From NCBI GenBank assembly GCA_964057225.1, contig OZ059899.1:6758001-6822000 (forward strand): a stretch of 64,000 nt of DNA, in the 5' to 3' direction. The position numbers and the translations under genes were made by a program. Position 1 is the stretch's first letter, and every line of letters begins with the position of its first letter. The notes beneath the pieces were generated by a model, which had not been told where the DNA came from, searched no databases, and saw nothing but the letters and a program-made list of their open reading frames with translations. Positions 39,623-53,225 of this stretch are shown in pieces. The stretch comes from Auanema rhodensis (taxonomy: Eukaryota > Animalia > Nematoda).

Positions 39623-39880
39623 GTTGTGTTAATTTTTCACTAATCACTTTCTGTGAATGCATTGTTTTATGTTTTTCCCTAGTCTGCATATTCCTATGAT
39701 TTCTCTACGTTATACGGTGTCTCATTCACTCAAATTGCTGCTTTATAATTTATTTTGTCATGAAAATGAAGTTTTTTCATTTTGAACCAAGAATTCACCT
39801 TTTACATGTTTCAAGCATCATAATACTTTTAAAACAAAAATTGATATACTCTATGAAGTGCCTAATATAGAACAAATGTT

Positions 39881-42566
39881 ATGCGAACTTTCACTCGTTA
39901 TGGTCTAATTGGTCTTCTAATTATTATTGGATTATTCTATCTCAATTTGAAAAATGGTAAAAGGAAAGCTTCAACTGCGCTAGATATTTCATTCTGGACC
40001 GATGATGCTAGCCCTGTTTTATCTCAAGAATACAGGTTGGACAATCTTTAATGTTCAAGATGCTAATGATTTTTCAGAGATGATACTTGTGATATGTTTA
40101 AATGTTTTAATTTTAGTAAATGCTTAGGAAACTTTAAGAAGGTATTTGAAATGAAAGCCTTTAGTATATTTGAAAAATTGAAAGGTCCTATTTGTAGATT
40201 TACGTTTTACCTAATGAAGATGGCCAAATCATATCCCCAGCGTATAAAAAAATTTTATCCGCTTTAAAGGAGAGTGCATTATATACCAATAATCCAGACG
40301 AAGCCTGTTTATTTGTTTTATCTATCGATACTACTGATAGAGACCGTATTAGGTATAATGATTTAATCTACAAGTTTGTACACGTCATTTATTTTTAGCG
40401 AAAACTATGTCTCTGATCTGGATTTACTCATCAAGAAGTTACCGGCAAACCTATGGAATGAGGTAGTTTAATCATTTTTACTGACGTTATATTATTTTTC
40501 TAGGGCAGCAACTTCATTGTTTTTAATTTGTACCATGGAACTTTCCCAGATTATTCCGATCATAACTTGGGATTCAAAACAGGAAAAGCTATGATAGCTA
40601 GAGCATCTCCGAGTGTTCAAGTATGTTTAATTTTTTTCAACTTGATCTTAAAAGTTAATCATTTCTTAAAGAGTTTTCGTTATGGTTTTGATGTATCATT
40701 TCCTCTATTTCATGCTGTTCATGACCTTAGATCGAATGTTGAGGTATATTTTTTACTAATTCTTCTATGTATAACCATGCATTTAGAGAAACATTGATTT
40801 TGAACCCCTAGACCAATTGCTTGTATCTTTCAAAGGAAAGCGTTATGTATACGGTATATTTCATCACCCATGAAAAGAAAAATTTAATTTTTAAGGTATT
40901 GGTTCCGAAACCAGAGATGCTCTTCATCATTTGCACAATGGTGAAACAATTGCTATGGTAACAACATGCAAACATAATAATGACTGGAAGGTTTTGTTCG
41001 TTATCAAACATTTAATAATCTTGGCATTTAAGGAACATCAGGACAGCAGATGCGAAATGGACAATAAGGAATATGAAAAATGGGATTATGTTTCAACGAT
41101 GACAAATTCTACTTTCTGCTTGACTCCACGAGGTAGAAGATTAGGATCGTTCAGGTTTTTGTTAATGATGAGTTGTTTATATGAATATGGTTTAATTCAG
41201 ATTTTTGGAGGCTCTTCGAATTGGCTGTATTCCTGTTGTTCTTTCTGACGATTGGGTTTTACCATTTGCGGAAGTTATAGATTGGACTGAAGCTGCTTTG
41301 GTTATAGCTGAAGAAAACGTTTTACTGGTAAGATAAATGATATATTGAGTATTTAAAACCAAGGGCTTCAATAACAAATATGATGATTGCTGTAAGGATT
41401 CATTTTAGGTCACTGATTTGCTGTACTCTATTCCTCCTGAACGAGTTATAGCTATGAAACAGATGTGTCATTACCTATATAATCGATATTTTAGAGATGT
41501 AGAAAGCATAGCTTTAACTACAATACAAGTATGAGTTATTAGTAGATCATGTTAGTTATTGTAAATTCAGATAATATTGGATAGAGTACGATTAGCTCAA
41601 AGAGAACTTTCTTTTGCCCAATCCTCATCTCTTTCTACTCATCAAGAAACGTAACTTTTTTTTTAGACGATAAATAATTTTTTTTTCAGAGTTTTCACCA
41701 CTCTTGCTATTAAAGCAGCTCCTCGGTCTTCTCGAAAATTGCAACATCTTGTTAACATTTTTTCTCAAACAATGAAAATCACAAATGTAACCGGCTTCAT
41801 TTGGTTATGTAGAATTCAAAGAAAAGCATTTCCAGATTTTCATAATATGGCCAGAAATTCGGGGTGTTCCTCCACATGGTGCCGATTTTGGTACTACGCT
41901 TATTCCTAAATTTATAACCAATCTAGAGGTAATATAAATTGTTTTTTATTTTAATATTAAACATATAGATTGATCAAACTTTGAAAGGAAAAAATATCAC
42001 TAAAACGCAGGTAATTTATGTCGACGAACTTCTAGATTTAAAATCTAATGATCTGGAAAAATTGAAATACTATATGGAAAATTTTCCAAACAGATTAGTG
42101 GGCTTTCATGGATTAGATGTTAATGTGAGTATGAAAAGCTTTCGATGTTTTAACAAGCAAACTTATAGATGGAAAGGCAAGAGCTATTGCTTTCCACGAA
42201 GTTTAATGCACTTTTTCCATCGCTCATAGCATTCCACGGGTAAGATAAATTATTATATAATTTGAAATTGAATTTTGTATACTACAGGATATATGCCGAA
42301 TACATACGTGCAACTGTACCCAATGAATTCATCAGTAATTGTTTTGGTCCGTCAATCAATGTTGTTCTCTCCGAAAAAACGCTCAAACCACCAATAGTTA
42401 TAAAAGGAATGAAACAAGAAGATTGGATGCAAATCAGACCAGAGGCTGAATGTTGGAAAAGGGTTCGTTTCGTTCGGATCCTTGTTTTCAACCGGTTAGC
42501 TTCTTTTAGGCAACAGAAAGATGGGTCAAACCTCCAATATTCTATTCAGATCTTCAATATGAATAA
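39881..42566 (+). CDS. rib-1: Exostosin-1 (EXT1/tout-velu) heparan sulfate polymerase, multi-exon
   Basis: Type II anchor [23 protein letters not shown]47 motifs [51 protein letters not shown] and [44 protein letters not shown]. Confidence 0.93.
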
Positions 42567-42660
42567 CTTAACTTGACAAAATTGAAATAAACATAAGAAT
42601 TGTACATATTTTTATCTGCTAAAATGATTTCATAATAAACATCCAGTTCTAACCCTAAAT

Positions 42661-43032
42661 CTATTGTTTGTTGGCGAGCTCTTTGATGGCAGACAAAACA
42701 CGGTCTTTACTGACGTCTTCAAGTTGTACAACTCGTTCAACTCCATGCTCGTATCTAATGTAAAACGGAATTGAACACAATTATATAAAAGTATAAACCT
42801 AGCAAACACTCGAGGAGCTATTCCAGAAGCCTCACGAATCAAGATTGGAAAGTTGGGGTTCGCCTTCTTAATCGCAACATAGTCACTCTCAATAAAAGAA
42901 CGAACACCAGCTAAATAAAAAATGTTGGAGCTCAAGAAACGCTGAAAAATACTCACCTGAAGCGGGACTTTTCTGGCAAAGATGAATGCGAAGCTCTCTG
43001 AGAGCTGTGCCAGCAAGACGAACTCCAGACAT
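42661..43032 (-). CDS. NDUFA2: NADH dehydrogenase 1 alpha subcomplex subunit 2 (CI-B8), 3 exons
   Basis: [76 protein letters not shown] acceptor abuts the ATG. Confidence 0.95.
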
Positions 43033-43315
43033 CTAAAAGCCGTATATAACTTAACGTTGAAAAATATATAGAACAATGATAACCAAAAAATTGTAAATAA
43101 AGATAAAATAATTCAAAGCGATTTGATAAAATGTGAACACTACGAGAGGGCCGAAGTCGGGGAGCTGACGCATTCGAGGTGCATGTTAATTTTCCAGAGA
43201 ATGCGCAAGATTGATTTGAGGTGAAGCTCGCTCAATATAGCTCATGTAGATTCTATAAATTCTAATAAATCTTCAATAATTAACTTATTTTCTTTTAGGA
43301 ACAAAACAGCTTAGA
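43033..43315. promoter_or_regulatory. Compact bidirectional promoter (NDUFA2 / apm-3)
   Basis: 283 bp between divergent ATGs, with a GC-richer core at ~43135-43235 and an acceptor-like TTTTAG before each gene. Confidence 0.65.
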
Positions 43316-45005
43316 ATGCTAAACAGTCTTTTTATAGTAAATGCGTCAGGGTTTGTCTGATTTAAACGTATTTGACGAGTACATCTATTTTTTTCTAGGG
43401 ATGTAATATTAGAAAAACACTGGAAAGCTGTAATACATAGATCTATATGCGACTATTTTTTTGATGCACAGAAAAAGGTAATTATTTTATATTTTTTATG
43501 ACGTTTTATTCCTATACTGATAGGCTAGTTCACCTGAAGATGTTCCTCCTATTATATCTACTCCGCATCACTATCTTATAAGCGTATACCATAATCAGTT
43601 GTTCCTGTTAGCTGTTACTACCACAGAAAGTTTGATTTTTTTCGTTTCATCTTATTAGGCTATTTAGCACCACCATTAATGGTTATTGAATTTTTGCATC
43701 GCGTAGTTAACACTTTAACTCAGTACTTTGACGAATGCTCAGATTCCTCTGTGAAGGAGAATTGTGTTATGGTTTTCGAGGTTAGCTATTAATTATATTT
43801 TTGTTTAAATATGTTCTTCAGCTTCTCGATGAAATGCTGGATAACGGGTATCCATTAGTAACCGAACTTAATATTCTTCAAGATTTAATTAAGCCTCCTA
43901 ACTTTTTGCGCAATATTGCTAACCAGGTATAATATATTGGTTTTAATATTAATCGAATTTTATCGAATTACAGGTAACTGGACGTACGAACCATTCAGAA
44001 ACGTTACCAACAGGTCAATTGTCTAACATTCCTTGGAGAAGACAAGGGGTGAAATACACAAATAATGAAGCTTATTTCGATGTTATTGAGGAAATTGATG
44101 CAATCATAGACAAACAGGGCTCAACAGTTTTTGCAGAAATCCAGGGATCTGTAAACATTTTCAGAACATATTACGATAATAATTCTACTTTAGATCGAAG
44201 TAATGTGTAAACTTTCTGGGATGCCAGATCTAACAATGACTTTGGTTAACCCCCGCCTTCTTGATGATGTATCATTTCACCCATGTGTAAGATTCAAACG
44301 TTGGGAAGTAAGTTCATAATAGAAACATTTCCATGCTATACTTGTCTATACTATTGCAGAATGAGCGCGTTCTTTCATTTGTTCCTCCTGATGGAAATTT
44401 CCGATTGTTGTCATATCACATTGCTACACAAAAGTAAGCACTATTGCTAGATTAGATATGTATTATGATTATTAGCATGGTTGCCATCCCTATATATGTC
44501 CGCCATTTTATCACCTTGAAAGGAGGAAGTTCTAGTAGATTAGAGCTTACTGTTGGGCCTAAGCAGAGTATGGGAAAAATAGTAAGAATAACATTTATTC
44601 TTACGTTTTATCTTTTTCTTTAGCTAGAAGATGTGGTCGTTGAAATGATAATGCCTAAATCTGTATTGAATTGCAATCTTATTACAACTCATGGCAAATA
44701 CTCGTTTGATCCTACGACTAAACTTTTACAATGGAATATTGGCAAAATTGAATTAGGAAAACCCCCTTCTCTTAAGGGCCCCGTGTCGGTCTCAGGTACT
44801 GGCGCCATTGAGTCCCCACCGTTGACTGTAAAATTCAAGATCAATCAGCTGGCTGTATCAGGTATGTAAGATATAGTTTTCTTATTCTTAAGAAGTATTT
44901 TTAGGTCTTAAAGTTAATCGTCTTGACATGTACGGAGAAAAATACAAGCCTTTCAAAGGTGTGAAGTACATAACAAAGGCTGGAAGATTCCAAGTTAGGA
45001 CATAA
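43316..45005 (+). CDS. apm-3: AP-3 complex mu subunit, multi-exon
   Basis: MLNSLFIVNASGDVILEKHWK, PPLMVIEFLHRV, LLDEMLDNGYPLVTE, IPWRRQGVKYTNNEAYFDVIEE, LLDDVSFHPCVRFKRWE and KYKPFKGVKYITKAGRFQVRT*. Confidence 0.97.
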
Positions 45006-45286
45006 TTATTCTTGCGCATAGTTTATTTATTTCATTTACATTCTGCTATACTTTTTTCAATGTGTCGTGATTAGAGGCGAACATTCCATTTTGATCTTTC
45101 TCTGTATATAAGTTGTAGAAAACTTTCTTAATCTAATTTAACACTTACGAAAAGTTTTATCTTTGCATGAATAAATGTACCATTTTTATTTTGAGCATTT
45201 CTTTCAAGGGCGTTTTTTATCGCCACCATATGGTTATTGACAAATTTCTTTGCAATACGTTTTTAAGTCAGAGCTGTTTAAGGGAA

Positions 45287-46373
45287 ATGTTGGCTAGAAA
45301 TCGTTCACTAATTAGCAGATTTTTACATACAACTACAAGAATATGCTGCGAAGCAGAAAAAAAGGCTGTTCCAACCCCAGAAGAGGTAATCTACATTCAG
45401 TGCATGATAAAATGCTGTTATTTAAAGGCTGGCTGGGCATTTAATCACATAGAACGTAAGAAAGGAATGTATAAGCCACAGCATAGCGTTGAAGAACAGA
45501 TTGCTTTTATGCATAGTAAAGGTTTTTCTTAATTGTTGTAGTTTTGGTATCATAGAATTATGTTAAGCTTACCATGAAGCGTATAAAGGAATGCCCGTTC
45601 ATCGTTGGTATAAAAGAAATATTAAAGTAATATAGTTCGTCTTCTTCTCTGAGTGTAATCATTGGTTTAGGGTCAATCTATCATGCAACCTACTCCTCGA
45701 TTATTCTGCATTGATCGCCACGGTAGATTTAATGTTAATCATGCTTGTCCTGTACGTTGTTATTAGAATATAATATGAGATATCTGCTTTATTTTCAGAT
45801 TTGTAGAGATGAATATCTTTTCTTTGATTATAGAAATCCCGGCTTGATCGAACAATTTTTGTCAGGTATGGTGATTTCTTTTGAACTTTTTTATTTGTTT
45901 CTATTTTTAGAAGGAACTGATCAACCTATTGATATTTTGAAAAGTGGATTATGCAGAGAACAATATGCATTGTTGAAAGCTCAACTTTTAAAAGCAAAAG
46001 AACATGGTAGGATAGATATCAGATTTTAGTAAATTTCAGTTATGCCCAAGATTTTTTCTCTTGTCAATGTTTTCGATGTTGTCTTTTTATCAAATGCTCT
46101 TTCAGGAACTATTACCTTTGGAATCGAGTTTAGAAATTTCGATTATAGACAGTGGTACAAGACATGGACTGCCGAGCCCAAAGCTTCTGTAAGTTTTTTA
46201 AAGTATTATAATGCATTTTATATGTTTATTTGTAGGTGGATAGAGGTGGATTGAGAATTCAAGACGTTCATACAGATCCTCTTGTGGAATTCCCAACATT
46301 TAAGAGAGACAAAGACAATGATTGGGATCAATGGTGGCTAAGATATGATAAATTTGCCAAAAAAGCCAAATAA
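45287..46373 (+). CDS. mrps-18B: Mitochondrial ribosomal protein S18b, multi-exon
   Basis: Mitochondrial targeting-like MLARNRSLISRFLHTT. EQIAFMHSKAYHEAYKGMPVHRWYKRNIKGQ, CPICRDEYLFFDYRNPGLIEQF and GLCREQ motifs. Confidence 0.9.
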
Positions 46374-46554
46374 ATGTGATCTGAATTGTATAGATTGTAA
46401 TAGGTAGTCTAATATTTTGCTTCCGTTGTTATCATTTTGTTGTTATAAAACGTTTTTCTTTACGTTTGTCTAGTTCTAGTCGGAAAAAAACGAAGTTAAA
46501 ATCGTATTATGTCTCTTATTATGATTTAATGAATTCACTGGAAAGTCTTTTCAG

Positions 46555-48213
46555 ATGATCTTAAATTTGTTGTTAATTTTGTTATTTTCAACATTTGCGT
46601 TATTTGAAGCTGAAGAGGTTTGTTTTTATGTGCACAGTTAAGTTTCAAAGATGTTCCAGAAATTACGGTTTCCTCCCGAATCGATAACAAAGGAAAATAT
46701 TTTATCTGAGTATGACAAGATTAGTGACGACGAAGTTTCTCATTTTTCGGGAGCGTCTCTAGCATACGTTACTCCCGTATATTTAACTTGTTACTATCTT
46801 TAACATGACTGATTTTATATTTAGTGGAATAACAAAGGATATGATTTGGCAAAAGAAACTGCAAATAAGCTTACTCATATCTCTCCGGTGTGGTTGCAGG
46901 TATGATAAAGATTTTAAAAAATTGCCATTGAAAACTTCAGCTTAAACCACAAGTAAGTGATCGTAGCTGTTTAATTCGAGGAGATCATGATCTTGATCAA
47001 GGTTCTTGTCCTTCGTGTTTGTTTCTTACCAATAAGCTCGTTTTTATTCTAGGTTGGATAGCTGATCTCCGTTCCAAAAATCCAGAAATCAAAATTGTCC
47101 CTCGTGTATTATTTGAAGATTGGAGCATTGAAGATTTGCTTGATATGATGGAGTAAGGCGCTAAATTTATTTATAACCAAGGTTAAATCAGTAGCTTAAT
47201 CAATCTTTTAGAGATGAAACTTGGAGTAGATCTTGCATGACAGATATGATCAATTTCCTTTTGGTATTTCCCCATTAGTCTGTGTTATATTGTTCTTGAT
47301 TTTTTAGCGAAATCGTCTGGATGGAGTTGTTCTTGAACTTTGGAATTTCGCGTTGATTCACTCTAAAGGCAGAGCTGCACCGTAGATTTGAAATTTAGTT
47401 GTTAGGAAAAAGTATTATTTTTCTAGATCAGTTATAGAGTTTATTAACTCTTGGGGAGATTTTTCCTTTGAGAAAGACTTACAAACAATTGTTGCCGTTG
47501 GTGCACCCCTTCATACTGAAAAGTAAAATTTAAATATTTGAAAACAGGCTTTATTTCGAGATTATAGCCAACCAAACGGAATGTTTACTGCAGCTCATTT
47601 ATATGCTCTCGCACCTCATGTGGATTATATTCACGTTAGTTTGTTGTTCTGATCATGTACTTCTGAATTTTCTTTTAAGATGATGACCTATGATTATCCG
47701 GCAAAAATTTTTGACGGGGTAGCTCCTTATAATTGGGTCAAAGCTGTAAAATTTCAAGACTTTTAAGAGATATAAAAATATTGTTTTGCAGTGTATTGAA
47801 TATGTGCTCGACGGATCTCAGGTTTTGGCAAACAAGTTAATGATTGGAATTAACTTTTACGGTATTAGATATAGTACGAAAAATCCAGGCAATATTTTAT
47901 ATGACGAGTAAGTTGGAAATTTACTGATATATGCAGGTTCGGGTCATTCCAGATACATAAAGTTATTGAAGACGCAACATTATACGTTAGAATGGGATCA
48001 TAAGAGTCAAGAGCATCTTCTTAAAAACAGGTATGTTTCAGAACATCTTGAAACCTTCATATGTCCAATAATCTAAATTCAAGACCAACATATGTATATT
48101 ATCCATCTCTTACTTCTATTGAATTGCGTCTTAAATTAGCTGAAGAATATGGAGTCGGAATAGCTATTTGGGATTATGGACAAGGTTTTAACTACTTCAC
48201 CCAAATCCTTTAG
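46555..48213 (+). CDS. CHID1: Chitinase domain-containing protein 1 (non-catalytic GH18), multi-exon
   Basis: Signal peptide. [52 protein letters not shown] and [22 protein letters not shown] lacks the DxDxE catalytic motif. TTTTCAG directly precedes the ATG. Confidence 0.92.
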
Positions 48214-48571
48214 GGCTTCTACGGACAAGCAAACGGAATTCTTAGCTTCCAATTATTTATTATTTATTCTGTGTAGTCGGGTCAATAACGAGAAAAACGT
48301 TAACATTTATTAATCTGCACTTTTTACATAAAATATTTAATAGAATTCTGTCTGTCAAGTAAATTGTAAATATTCGATTCAAAAGGAGCAATCCGTTATC
48401 GCAAAAATTGAAGTTTTAAACAAATTAGATTTTCATTGAAAGCAAATTATGCGTGAGTAAATCAACTCAAGAATAGGTTATCCTGGGAAAAAACTTTGGT
48501 CAAAAAATTAATAATTGAGATTGAGAAAAATTGATAAAAACTTTGTCTTGTATGAACTGTTCTCACGAAGA

Positions 48572-49561
48572 TCATGATGATAAACCTTCATAAAGGGATA
48601 AAGCATGAACTATAGAAGGATCAGCTTTTGCTCCTTCTTTAAATTCATCCAGAGTTAACTGAGCGTCATTATTCTGAACATTTCTCTGTTGTAATATATC
48701 AGATATGTTTCTTATTATACCTTATCCATCATTTTAAAAATACGATCTACACGCTTTTCCGGAGTATTTTCATCATCTGGCAGTTTTGCTGTTGATCCAA
48801 CCATTTTATAAATTGCATCAACGATCGATAGCATTTCATCTCGTGTTATAAAGCCATCATTATCCAAATCGTACAGTTTAAAAGCCCCTGTAATAAACAA
48901 AATTAGAATCACACAAGTATTACGGTGACTCAGGTACTGAATTATCACCAAAGAATTATAAAAACATACAATGGAGTTTTTCATCCAAATTTCCGCGTGA
49001 TGTAATTGACAACGCACTGATAAATTCGTGAAATTCTATAGCACCGTCCTATGTAAATGAGAATTTCATAGAAAAATGATAACTTTCCTTATGACTCACC
49101 TTATTTTCATCGAACACTTTGAACACAAAAGAAGCGAAATCTGATGGATCCCCTTGGGGGAAAAACTGCTTATAGATTTTTTGGAATCCCTAAACTCGAC
49201 AAATGGAAAAGAACTTCACTAAGATATGTAAATGAAACTTACAGCTTCAGTGAGCATTCCATTGGGGCAATCCCTAACGAAGCCCTTATACCACTGTTTA
49301 ATTTCTTTTTCAGTAACTAAAAAATTTTTAAATTTTAAAAAGACAAAAAAAGTTATTAGGGAAATTATAGGTAATTAAATACAGTATCTTGTGTTCGTTT
49401 TAATATTTTTTAGATTAAAACAAATATTTTTTAATAAAACTACATAAATTATAATTTAAGAACAAATGTTATAGATGTAGAAGTTAAAAAAACTTACAAT
49501 AAGTTCTCTGGGCAAGAGCTTTAATTTCTTCTGTTTTCAATTTACTACCACTTTTACCCAT
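48572..49561 (-). CDS. ncs-1: Neuronal calcium sensor 1 (frequenin), 6 exons
   Basis: MGKSGSKL myristoylation start. [22 protein letters not shown] hands [25 protein letters not shown] and [13 protein letters not shown]. Ends SLYEGLSS*, as recalled for C. elegans NCS-1. Confidence 0.97.
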
Positions 49562-52500
49562 TCTGCCATTAGAAAGCTAAACCAAATTGAAAAATGCTGA
49601 AAATTAAACGATATACAGAAGTATGCCATTGAGAAGTATGTTTCGTACATAAGAATACGAAGCAAAAGTTTAAATATTTCAACTTAAATAGAAGGAAGAA
49701 TAGGTACTTGTATCAAGAGGATATGCTGGAGAGCTATGATCAGCTGAGATAGCAAATGAGCCTTTAAGTTATTAGCTAAGCCGAAGTAGGAAAAAGAGAC
49801 TCTTTGGATTGCAAAACTTCATAACGTTTCATGACTATTAATTTAATTGAACTTTTTTTGAGAAATATGAAATATAAGAACAAGATACAACAATAAAATG
49901 AGGAGGTGTGACCAACATGTATCTTATTGATTAGTATTGAAACGATTTGTAGCGTTGAAACAAGATTTTTTAACCTTTTCTTTCAGTATCAGGACAAAAT
50001 TTGTCATTTATCAATTAACATTGAAGAAACACGAAGCAAAACGCTGAAAATGAAGTTTAATATAATGTGCTTCAGCGTAACCATGACAACGGATTGACTA
50101 GTTGAAGTTGTAGCAAACGGAAACGAGCTAAGATATGTAAGTATGGAGGGCATATTCAATTTCCGGAAAAGAAAGCAAAGTTAATGATTGCAATAACTAT
50201 AAGATCTTTTTTCGTGATGTTTTTCCCTGCCAAAAGTTTTTTCTGGGAAAGGATTATACATAACGTCATTGAACCGCAGCATTCAACCTAAAAATGTGTT
50301 GACGATTCAGATGGCAGAAGCGAGGGTGGACGACAAAGCGATATCACATTAGAAGTTTGCAGAAGAGCCCAGGGCAATTTCCGCATTTGAGACTGTTTTT
50401 CGTTCAAATTCCCCGTGATTAGTATGATAGACCCTTTCTTTAGAGAGCAGCAGGACGAGTTTCAAATGAAGAATATTTAAAGAGGAAGAAAGTTGATGAA
50501 TGAAAGAAGGTGGTATCGAATGAAATAATGAAGGAGGAAATTTAAACGATAGGAAAGGAGAAGTAGTTTCAGGAACAGCTACATACAAAGGACATCAAAC
50601 CCATTTCGGTCTATTTCATTTTCAAGCCACTATACAAGAGAGAAAAAGGCAAAATTCATGAGAAAGACATACACATACGCGATCATCAGACGTCTATAAT
50701 GTTTTTTTTCCTGATCGGATTAACCACTTTCTCTTTGCTTTGAAGGAGTAGGCTAGTAATATAATTATCAACTTAGACTCGGGCTTAAACTTGTTTTGGG
50801 TAAAACTAAAATCATATATTAACTAAGATAACCTAAGGATAAAAGTATGCTCATGAAATAAAATATGAAAATATTTATATATTTGTGTATACCATATTGT
50901 TGCTTTAAGTTTATTTATGTATTATATTGTCTAGCTGTTGATTAAATACGTGTGTAAGTATGAGAGCATGAAGGAAAATGCGGCAAAAAGCAAATATTGC
51001 AATTCCAATTCTTTGTTAAAGTGTAAAAAAATACTTAAACTGAGCTTCCTACGGAGAAGACACATATATAAAGTAAAAACGAGAAAAGTGATTTGTGTTT
51101 CAGATAAAATGAATTTTATAGAATTTATTGGCTTCCAAATAAGTTGAAAGATGGGTATGTACGAAGACTAGCACCGGTGGTCCGCCTCTACTATCTACTT
51201 AGAGAAATAAGCCAAATAGAATAAGGATGACGAAAAAGGCGGTAGTTCTTTGATCGTTTCTTAACTACACGTGCCAACTACAAGTGTGGACAGAAAGGAA
51301 AAGAACAGATAGGATTGTAGAGCTAGCAGTCCTCTTGTGTAGGAGAAGATATCTTATATCAAGTTGAGACTTCAACGACATGAAACGACGTCTAAAAAGT
51401 TCAAAAGAGAGTGAATGATGATCCTCTAACCTTCAACGAGTTGGAGTACACGGGTTTAGATAGAATAGTTGATAGAAATAGAGTGAAAATGAAGAAGAAA
51501 AGAGAAATGGATTGAATTGAGAGGGAAAAGCGAAGATGAGAAAAGCTTGAGCACCAGCATGATGAAGATGTGGGTGGACAGAAAAAGAACGCGACATTAA
51601 AACTTGTTAAAAAAGAATTTTTAATTGGCTAAACACAAAAAGTAGATGAACTGAATAAGTAGAAAGATTATGTATATGTGAACAACTAAATCGGAAAGTC
51701 TATGTGTTCACTTGGTCTACTGGGGATAGTTGAAACTCCATGAAAAGCACTACGCCTTCAATAAACCAAGAAAATCTTGTTATAACATAACCTGGCTGTT
51801 GAATAGCGAAGCTAAGAACCAAACATGTATCAAAGAAATAAGTTTGCCATGAGCATTAAAACGAGAAAATCGTAAAATTTAAACATTCAATCACAAATAT
51901 TTTTAGTAGTAGTTTTAATTAAAAGTTTATTTTCGCTTTATTTCCATATGACTGAGGATGTAACTTTTGCCATGTCTTTGGGAAGTTATCGCAATATATC
52001 TTTGAAAGGACATTAAATAGCAAATAGATGTACATTCAAAACCAAAAAAAAGTTGGTATAACTTAAAATAACATGAAACAGCCACGAAAGTGGCTGAAGG
52101 GTTTGAACTAACCAGACGTTTATAAAATGATGAAGAATTCTGCAGATATTGAATGTAATCTCGTAAATGGAAGGAATTGTTTCTATGAGAAAACTTAAAT
52201 AAAGGTGTAGCAAATGAAAGAAAGAAGGAGAGTATGTATGTATGTGCGATAGTAGGCGTTACTGGTGAGAAAACAATAAGCCCGTAAGAGTAGGTATGTG
52301 TATCAGGTGCCAAGTTCATGAATATCTCTATTGACAGTCTTCTTTTTGACTGTTCGTCGAATACAGCCTGTCTCCGTAGTCAAACAAACTACTTCTGGAA
52401 GCTGACGACAACAAACGAACCACAATTAGATCGGCTGAGAAGCACAGAAGATGTTAGCAACTTGACAGACCATCCAGATGACGTCGTTGTTACAAGGACA

Positions 52501-53201
52501 AATGTGAATGACGGAGCTCAGAGGAAAACGAGGCTCTTGGGATTTCACTGATTTACGATTCAGCTCAAACGAGCAGCGAAAAAGATATTTGGACTTATTT
52601 CTCTTATTTTTTTTAGTGAATTCTCTCATTTATCTGTTCAAAAGACAGAAAGTTTTCTGATGTTTATGCTTTTATTAGGGATAATATTTGTTTTATAAAG
52701 AAAATTTGAAGCAGCAAAGCTCTGATATATTTTATTTGAAAAAAAAACAGCTCTGATGAATTTTGTTGTTGATTTGGCAAACTTATTGAATTTATATCTT
52801 CATGAGAGGCAGGCTTGTACGTCTACATTTCGATTAATAGTATAATCTCCTTATTCTCGATTATTTTCTCTGATTTTATCAAATAAATATGAATGATTAA
52901 CTATTATGAAGCAATATTGTATTAGCTAAAAGATTAAAAATCTTCAGGAAAATCGAGAAAACACTTAAAAGAAAAATTAGAAAAAAAACTATTTAGAAAG
53001 ATACAAACTAGTATCCATTCAAAATTGTTTGTTTTTATTTTCAATTATTTTATAAAAAAAATGTTTAGTTATGTATTAATCAAGTTTCATTACATACATA
53101 TATATCATGTGTATATAGAAAACAAAGGTTTTACGGATTATAAAATAAGCAAAAGAAGGACAAAGTGTACTAACACGGGGAAGAGAATTCACAACAACAT
53201 G

Positions 53202-53225
53202 TATATATATATATATATATATATA
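53202..53225. repeat. (TA)12 microsatellite
   Basis: Directly visible. Confidence 0.9.

Noticed and set aside
47305-47345. Missing GH18 catalytic DxDxE in the chitinase-like gene
   Set aside because: This is normal for the CHID1 family, so not novel.
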